A stretch of DNA of 11,385 nt from positions 3,191,721 through 3,203,105 of the forward strand of contig NZ_CM001976.1 in assembly GCF_000406145.1 (NCBI RefSeq), written 5' to 3'. Positions within the stretch are counted from its first letter, which is position 1, and each line of letters opens with the position of its first letter. This DNA is from Dickeya dadantii NCPPB 898. GTDB taxonomy: Bacteria; Pseudomonadota; Gammaproteobacteria; Enterobacterales; Enterobacteriaceae. Positions 6,927 through 11,385 of this stretch are shown piece after piece. The translations under genes and the position numbers were made by a program. The notes under the pieces were generated by a model. It was not told the DNA's origin, did not search any database, and was given only the letters and a program-made list of their open reading frames with translations.

Positions 6927-7649
6927 AGCGGGACAGCGCCTGCCGGACAAAATCCAGCAGCAGCCGCCGCGCCCACACCGGCTCGTCGCCGCCGGCCATT
7001 TCCGGCAACGCGCAATGACGCAGGCAGGCGTTCATCACCGCCGCATCCATCTCCGGGTGGAACTGAAATGACCAGGTATGCGGCGTATAACGGATAATCT
7101 GACACCCATCCTGTTCCGATGCCGCCAGCACCTGTGCGCCGGGCGGCGGCGCCACCACCGACTGCAAATGGCTGAGGTAGGCGCTGAACTGCGCCGGTAC
7201 CGCCGTCAACAGCGTGTCGTCCGCGGCGTCGTTATGCAGCGTCACGGTCTTCAGCCCCATTTCCCGGCCGTTCGGATTATCCGCCACCGTGCCGCCCAGC
7301 GCATGCGCCAACAGCTGATGGCCGTAACACACCCCCAGCACCGGCAGCCCGGCATCCACACTCTGGCGCAGCCAGTCGGCGGCCGTTCGCTCCAGTCCAG
7401 CCGGTCGGTCACCATCGACCAGGAACCGCTGATGATGGCGGCGTCATGCTCGCCGGGATTCGGCAAGGCGTCGCCGGCGTCCGGTCGCACCACATGCAGG
7501 CGCACGCCTTCATCGGCCAGCGCGCTACCGAACCAGTCGGCCTGCTGACCGACGGCATTAGCGATCGGTTCGGGCGGTTCGCCCATCTGCACAATCAGCA
7601 GTGAAGGCGGCCGGGATGAAGCGGGGAAATTCGCGGTTAACGTCGTCAT
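6925..7649 (-). pseudogene. Class I glutamine amidotransferase (GuaA-like GATase1 domain protein), interrupted by a frameshift
   Basis: Two overlapping minus ORFs in different frames together make one GATase1 protein. ORF 7251..7649 gives MTTLT...LLIVQMGEPPEPI...HDAAIISGSWSMVTDRLDWSE and then nonsense. ORF 6925..7359, read further upstream in the same frame, gives ADWLRQSVDAGLPVLGVCYGHQLLAHALGG...WSFQFHPEM... The nucleophile Cys (GVCYGHQ) and the His-Glu pair (HPE) are both present. The frames change within CGGCC at 7381..7385. Confidence 0.8.
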
Positions 7650-7775
7650 AGCGCGTCGCTCGCCTCGGGGACTTTAAACAAGATGAGTTTTGAACGTACC
7701 ACGCGGGGCGCGCCCTGTCACCGCCTCATACCGTTGATCTGCATTCATATTGGCGACAGGCGGCGACCATGCCGA

Positions 7776-8267
7776 TCAACGCGGGGTTGAACGGGCGAAT
7801 GAGCGATAGGCCAGAGAAAAGACGTCGTAAAAGTAGAGGTAACCCTTGGTCTGCAACAGCCTGGCGACGCCGTCTTTAACCGGCCCGGCCACCTGCGGGC
7901 TCTGGAGGAGCGCCTCCAGCGTCTGGGGCGACACGTGGCGGCTGTTGTACCACTCGCCGTTATAGCACACCCGCAGATCCAGCGCGTCGATATCCTCGAA
8001 GCGGTAGCGCGGGTTGATATCCATCGACATCGCCAGCGACATCAGCACCAAAAACAGCGTAAATCCGGCCACATAAGGCATACCGAAATAAGGCGCGTAC
8101 CACAGAATCAGCGCCACCGGCACATAGCTCGCCAGCATGCCGCCGAACAGATAAGGGTGGCTCACCATGAATTTGCGGCTGAAGCGGATACGGTTATCGC
8201 GCCGCTCTTCACGATTCAGACGCGCGATCTCTTCGTTCAGAATACGTTTGACTTCGTCCACACCCAT
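7776..8267 (-). CDS. ylaC: YlaC-like inner membrane protein
   Basis: The 163 aa ORF has two central hydrophobic helices. The motif [27 protein letters not shown] matches my recollection of E. coli YlaC ([28 protein letters not shown]). The N-terminus ([14 protein letters not shown] versus ETIESLNTREKRDN) and the C-terminal [10 protein letters not shown] versus LSFYDIFTLA also match. Confidence 0.85.
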   Translation of the reverse strand: [163 protein letters not shown]

Positions 8268-8354
8268 TCCCCTTCACAGCATAATTCATGCGCGAAGGTA
8301 GCACAGGCGTGCAAATCAGAACAGATACAGTCCGGCGCAAAAAAACCATAACAG

Positions 8355-10646
8355 TTACGCCTTCGCTGTCAGGCGACTGGCGACGATCAGCGCCTGCCCC
8401 AGCGCCAGCCCGCCATCGCCGGCCGGTAAGCGCGACGGCATCAGCAGGGTAAAATCCGCCAGCCGCTCACGTAACAGTGTGGTCAGCAGGCGGTTATGCA
8501 TTACCCCGCCGGAGCACGCCACCGTGTTCAGCCCATGCTCCCGCGCCGCCTGACGCACCAGCGCCGCCAGCCCGTCGGCCAGCGCCAGATGAAAGGCAAA
8601 AGCGCGGTCGGCCGGCGCGGCGCGATACGCCAGCAACTGTCGCCAAAAGGTTGCCAGATCCAGCTGGTTGCCGGACAGCGGCAGGGTTACCGGCGGCGCG
8701 TCATCCTGATGCCGCCGGGCCAGCGCTTCCAGCCAACAGGCCGCCTCGCCTTCCCAACTCTGCTCGCCGGTAAACCCGCAGGCGGCGGCGACGGCGTCGA
8801 ATAACCGACCAGTGGACGACGCCAGCGGCGCGTTGAGACCCCGCTCAATAGCGCGCGTCAACAACGGTACCGCGCCGGCGGGGATCACCCCGGCTTGCGG
8901 TAAGGTTTCCCAGTCCGGCACAAACGCCAGAAACTGCGCCAGCAGATTGCGCCACGGCTGGCGCGCCGCCAGATCGCCGCCCGGCAGCGCCACCGCGGGC
9001 AACCCGCCCAGATGCCGGCATTCGGTGTAATCCACCCGCAGGCATTCGCCGCCCCACCAGCGGTTGTCGTCGCCGTAGCCGATGCCATCCAGCGCCAGAC
9101 CGATCACCGCGCCGGCGTCGCGCGGCCACTGGTGTTCCGCCAGACAAGCGACGATATGCGCATGATGGTGCAGCACCTCAATACAGGGGATTCCCAACTG
9201 CACCGCCTGCTGCTGCCCCAGACGGCGGCTGACGTAGCCGGGATGCGCATCCACCGCGATGGCCTGCGGGGTAAAGCGATAGATATCGGCGAACAGCGCC
9301 TGCGCCTGCCGGTACTGCTGTTCCACTTCGTCATCGGCCAGATCGCCCAGATGCTGGCTGACGATCGCGGCCTGATCGCGCAACAGGCAGAAGGTGTTTT
9401 TGAGATCCGCGCCCATCGCCAGCAGCGACGGCTGCTCGCTGAACCCCGGCGGCAGCGGCAGGGCGTCCGGCACATAACCGCGCGCGCGCCGCAGCATCTC
9501 CGCCCGTTCGCCCTGCATCCGCACGACCGAGTCGTCGGCCCGCTGCACAATGTCGCGGTCGTGCAGCAACCACAGGTCGGCGATACCCGTCAGCTCAGCC
9601 AGCGCCTGGGTATTCTCCAGCGCGGGCGGCTTACCGCCGGCGTTGCCGGAGGTCATCACCAGCGGCCGCGCCACCGCCGCCAGCAGCAAATGCTGCAACG
9701 GATTGGCGGGCAGCATCAATCCCACTTCATCCAGACCGGGCGCAATCCCCGCCGCCAGCGCGCCATCATGGCGCAACGGCAACAGCACGATCGGCGCCGC
9801 CGGGCTTTGCATCATGCGCAACGCCGACGCGGGCTCCGCCGCCGAGCTGCAACGCGCTAGCCAGTCGGCACCCGGCAACATCACCGCCAACGGCTTGGCC
9901 GGGCGATGCTTGCGCGCCCGCAACCGCGCCACCGCCTGCGCATCGGTCGCATCACAGGCGAGATGAAAGCCGCCCAGCCCTTTCACCGCCACGATTTGCC
10001 CGGCGCACAGCGCCGCTGCCGCCTGCATGATGGCGTCATCGCCTCGGGCCAGCGTACGGCGGGCATCGCTCAGCCACACCTGCGGACCACAGGTGTGGCA
10101 GGCGTTGGGCTGGGCATGAAAGCGCCGGTCCGCCGGGTGCTGATACTCCTGCCGACACGTCGGGCAAAACGGGAACGCCGTCATCGCGGTATTCGGCCGG
10201 TCGTACGGCATCTGGCGAATAATGGTAAAACGCGGGCCGCAGTGGGTGCAGTTAATAAACGGATAACGGTAGCGGCGGTCATTAGGGTCAAACAGCTCCT
10301 GACGGCACGCCTCGCAGGTGGCGGCATCCGGCACGATGTGGGTATCCATCTGCCCGGCGCCGCTGTGCTCAATCACGAAATCATCCGGCCGCGTTTCCCA
10401 GCGGTAAGGCCGACAGGCCACCTGGTCGATCTGCGCCAGCGGCGGGCACTCGGCGTGCAACGCCGCAACGAAATCCGCTTCAGCGCTCGCCGGCCACAGC
10501 CGGATCAGCACCCCGGCGCCGTCGTTGAGCACGCTACCTTTCACGCCAAGACGGTGGGCGATTTGCCAGACATAAGGGCGAAACCCCACCCCCTGCACCT
10601 TGCCTTTAACGCGGATTTCAATTCCGCCGTGATGCGGTGACATCAT
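8355..10646 (-). CDS. hypF: [NiFe]-hydrogenase maturation carbamoyltransferase HypF
   Basis: The 763 aa ORF is collinear with my recollection of E. coli HypF. It has the acylphosphatase-like N-terminus ([18 protein letters not shown]) and two zinc-finger pairs (CEACRQE...[20 protein letters not shown] and CPTCRQEY...[15 protein letters not shown]). It also has the YrdC-like [36 protein letters not shown], a Kae1-like C-terminal half ([26 protein letters not shown]) and the terminal [12 protein letters not shown]. No clear Shine-Dalgarno precedes the ATGATG start. Confidence 0.95.
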   Translation of the reverse strand: MMSPHHGGIEIRVKGKVQGVGFRPYVWQIAHRLGVKGSVLNDGAGVLIRLWPASAEADFVAALHAECPPLAQIDQVACRPYRWETRPDDFVIEHSGAGQMDTHIVPDAATCEACRQELFDPNDRRYRYPFINCTHCGPRFTIIRQMPYDRPNTAMTAFPFCPTCRQEYQHPADRRFHAQPNACHTCGPQVWLSDARRTLARGDDAIMQAAAALCAGQIVAVKGLGGFHLACDATDAQAVARLRARKHRPAKPLAVMLPGADWLARCSSAAEPASALRMMQSPAAPIVLLPLRHDGALAAGIAPGLDEVGLMLPANPLQHLLLAAVARPLVMTSGNAGGKPPALENTQALAELTGIADLWLLHDRDIVQRADDSVVRMQGERAEMLRRARGYVPDALPLPPGFSEQPSLLAMGADLKNTFCLLRDQAAIVSQHLGDLADDEVEQQYRQAQALFADIYRFTPQAIAVDAHPGYVSRRLGQQQAVQLGIPCIEVLHHHAHIVACLAEHQWPRDAGAVIGLALDGIGYGDDNRWWGGECLRVDYTECRHLGGLPAVALPGGDLAARQPWRNLLAQFLAFVPDWETLPQAGVIPAGAVPLLTRAIERGLNAPLASSTGRLFDAVAAACGFTGEQSWEGEAACWLEALARRHQDDAPPVTLPLSGNQLDLATFWRQLLAYRAAPADRAFAFHLALADGLAALVRQAAREHGLNTVACSGGVMHNRLLTTLLRERLADFTLLMPSRLPAGDGGLALGQALIVASRLTAKA

Positions 10647-10812
10647 AAGTTATCACTGTAAGTGTTACTGTATGGGCACCGTCACATCCCGCATACCTAG
10701 GCTGCTGACAAGCAATCGGGTTGTCTTGCAAACGGTGAATTTTTTCTGGCCAGTGAATAATTTCGTGCGGAATACACAGCATCATTTCTTTGCCATTTCA
10801 TCGCACGCACGA

Positions 10813-10843
10813 CAAGGAGAGGCTCAAACGCCGCCTCTCCTTG
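10813..10843. repeat. Perfect 11-bp inverted repeat / hairpin (CAAGGAGAGGC-N9-GCCTCTCCTTG)
   Basis: Read directly from the sequence: 10813..10823 is the exact reverse complement of 10833..10843, with the loop TCAAACGCC between them. No T-run follows on either strand, so it is not a canonical intrinsic terminator. Its function is unknown. Confidence 0.6.
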
Positions 10844-10875
10844 ACCACTGGCTAGGGGCTAAATTATGAACCCTG

Positions 10876-10918
10876 ACGGGCCAGCGCAAGCGCTGTTCCA
10901 TTTTGCGTTGCAAAATGG
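10876..10918. repeat. Palindromic repeat unit A (ACGGGCCAGCGCAAGCGCTGTTC plus a 9-bp A/T-rich hairpin)
   Basis: The 23-mer at 10876..10898 recurs at 11008..11030 with only two differences. It contains the palindrome CAGCGC-AA-GCGCTG. The hairpin CCATTTTGC-GTT-GCAAAATGG (10898..10918) follows immediately. Confidence 0.5.
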
Positions 10919-11007
10919 TGTGCCGCTACGCGGTTCCTTCGGCGTTCGACTTCGCTGTTCGGGCCGCCCGTGACGCGGTTACTCGCCCCATCCCTGGGGC
11001 TCGCCCT

Positions 11008-11052
11008 ACGGGCCAGCGTAAACGCTGTTCAAAAACGCTCTTGGCGTTTTTG
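11008..11052. repeat. Palindromic repeat unit B (ACGGGCCAGCGTAAACGCTGTTC plus a 9-bp A/T-rich hairpin)
   Basis: This is the second copy of the 23-mer. Its palindrome is CAGCGT-AA-ACGCTG, so the two substitutions relative to unit A fall on symmetry-related positions. The hairpin CAAAAACGC-TCTTG-GCGTTTTTG (11030..11052) follows immediately. Confidence 0.5.
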
Positions 11053-11385
11053 TCCAACACGGCACGGGCTTTCGCCGCATATATGGACGCTCCCACATTT
11101 GCAATCTGTTTTCTTTAAAACGGCATGGCAGGTTGTGCAGTCATATATCCGGTTTTTCGCTTTTGTCGCGACACCATAATGAAATCCGCCAGGAGAACGT
11201 CTTACATCCCTTCGGGCTCAAAGCCCACGCGGCGAACGACCTGTTTCTCCTGTGGTCTTACCTGTTTTGCCATTACTGTGATTACACCTTGCACTTTTCA
11301 GAACCGCCTGACTCGTTTCCTTCCTTTAAAACCCGTCCTTCAGACAGGCGCGATTTCCCGGTATTCACTCCCGCCTCTCAACATT

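Noticed and set aside
6914-7105. The N-terminal 64-codon extension of the ydcR-like ORF (MSDYPLYAAYLVISVPPGDG...).
   Set aside because: It overlaps the 3' end of the amidotransferase in another frame, is low-complexity (runs of R and A), and has no counterpart in YdcR. Homology begins at codon 65.
7378-7390. Programmed ribosomal frameshifting in the amidotransferase.
   Set aside because: There is no slippery heptamer (the site is GAA-CGG-CCG-CCG), no obvious downstream stimulatory structure, and this family is not known to use recoding. Mutation or sequencing error is the simpler explanation.
7706-7715. The perfect 10-bp palindrome GGGCGCGCCC and a CCGCCT...AGGCGG pairing (7721..7763) in the ylaC-amidotransferase spacer, considered as a terminator.
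   Set aside because: The palindrome has no loop, the second pairing is 6 bp with a 31-nt loop, and there is no U-run. These are not convincing as a terminator or operator.
10618-10785. A 55 aa minus-strand ORF (MMLCIPHEIIHWPEKIHRLQDNPIACQQ...) overlapping the hypF start by 29 nt. I considered it as a hydN relic or a coupled small protein.
   Set aside because: It has no Shine-Dalgarno, no ferredoxin CxxCxxCxxxCP motifs and no similarity I recognise. Its length is within chance expectation for this sequence.
10647-10860. A sigma-54 (TGGCAC-N5-TTGCA) promoter or FhlA-type control upstream of hypF.
   Set aside because: Candidate TGGCA/TTGCA words (for example TGGCAAAGAAATGATGC, and TTTGCAAG on the minus strand) do not have the required GG-N10-GC spacing.
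10941-10960. A GTTCGAC word resembling a tRNA T-loop (GTTCGAAT).
   Set aside because: The flanking bases do not form a T-stem (CGGCG versus TCGCT). No acceptor or anticodon arms can be drawn.
11030-11052. CAAAAACGC-TCTTG-GCGTTTTTG, considered as a bidirectional intrinsic terminator.
   Set aside because: The G/C part of the stem is only 3-4 bp and the T-run is itself part of the stem. That is too weak for a canonical terminator call.
10860-11100. The repeat mosaic, considered as a CRISPR array.
   Set aside because: There are only two good copies of a 23-mer at a single spacing, the units are themselves embedded in other repeats, no regular repeat-spacer periodicity exists, and no cas genes are present.
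11179-11385. A 69-codon stop-free plus-strand frame running off the window edge, considered as a CDS.
   Set aside because: It has no Shine-Dalgarno, rare AGG-AGA codons near the start, no acidic residues and a Thr/Cys/Ser/Arg-rich composition. I kept it as a finding to check, not as a feature.
1-11385. A novel defence, toxin-antitoxin, mobile or biosynthetic multi-gene system.
   Set aside because: All substantial ORFs are accounted for by well-known families (FdoGHI, YdcR-like, GATase1, YlaC, HypF). There are no nucleases, ATPases, reverse transcriptases, integrases or unexplained operons. The only unexplained material is non-coding.

Overview
The window looks like chromosomal DNA from a GC-rich member of the Enterobacterales. 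Every gene I can support lies on the minus strand. They are the complete formate dehydrogenase-O operon fdoG-fdoH-fdoI (107..4697), a YdcR-like MocR/GntR regulator with a fused PLP aminotransferase domain (5492..6913), a frameshifted class I glutamine amidotransferase directly upstream of it (6925..7649), a YlaC-like small membrane protein (7776..8267) and the [NiFe]-hydrogenase maturation carbamoyltransferase HypF (8355..10646). I found no rRNA, tRNA, CRISPR array, transposase, integrase or recognisable defence or toxin system. I do not see a novel multi-gene system here, and the coding content is ordinary housekeeping and accessory metabolism. The unusual material is mostly non-coding or at single-codon scale. 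(1) FdoG has a Cys codon where E. coli has the selenocysteine UGA. (2) The 0.8 kb fdoG-ydcR spacer holds two and a half ERIC/IRU repeats, whose inverted arms bracket a roughly 34% G+C island of about 510 bp. (3) The amidotransferase is split by a frameshift. (4) The ydcR-like gene appears to start at CTG, with its Shine-Dalgarno overlapping the upstream stop codon. (5) About 740 bp upstream of hypF (10647..11385) has no convincing gene but contains a strong hairpin and a mosaic of repeated palindromic units that I cannot assign to a known family. Protein identifications rest on my recollection of the E. coli K-12 sequences and on motifs visible in the translations. No database search was run.
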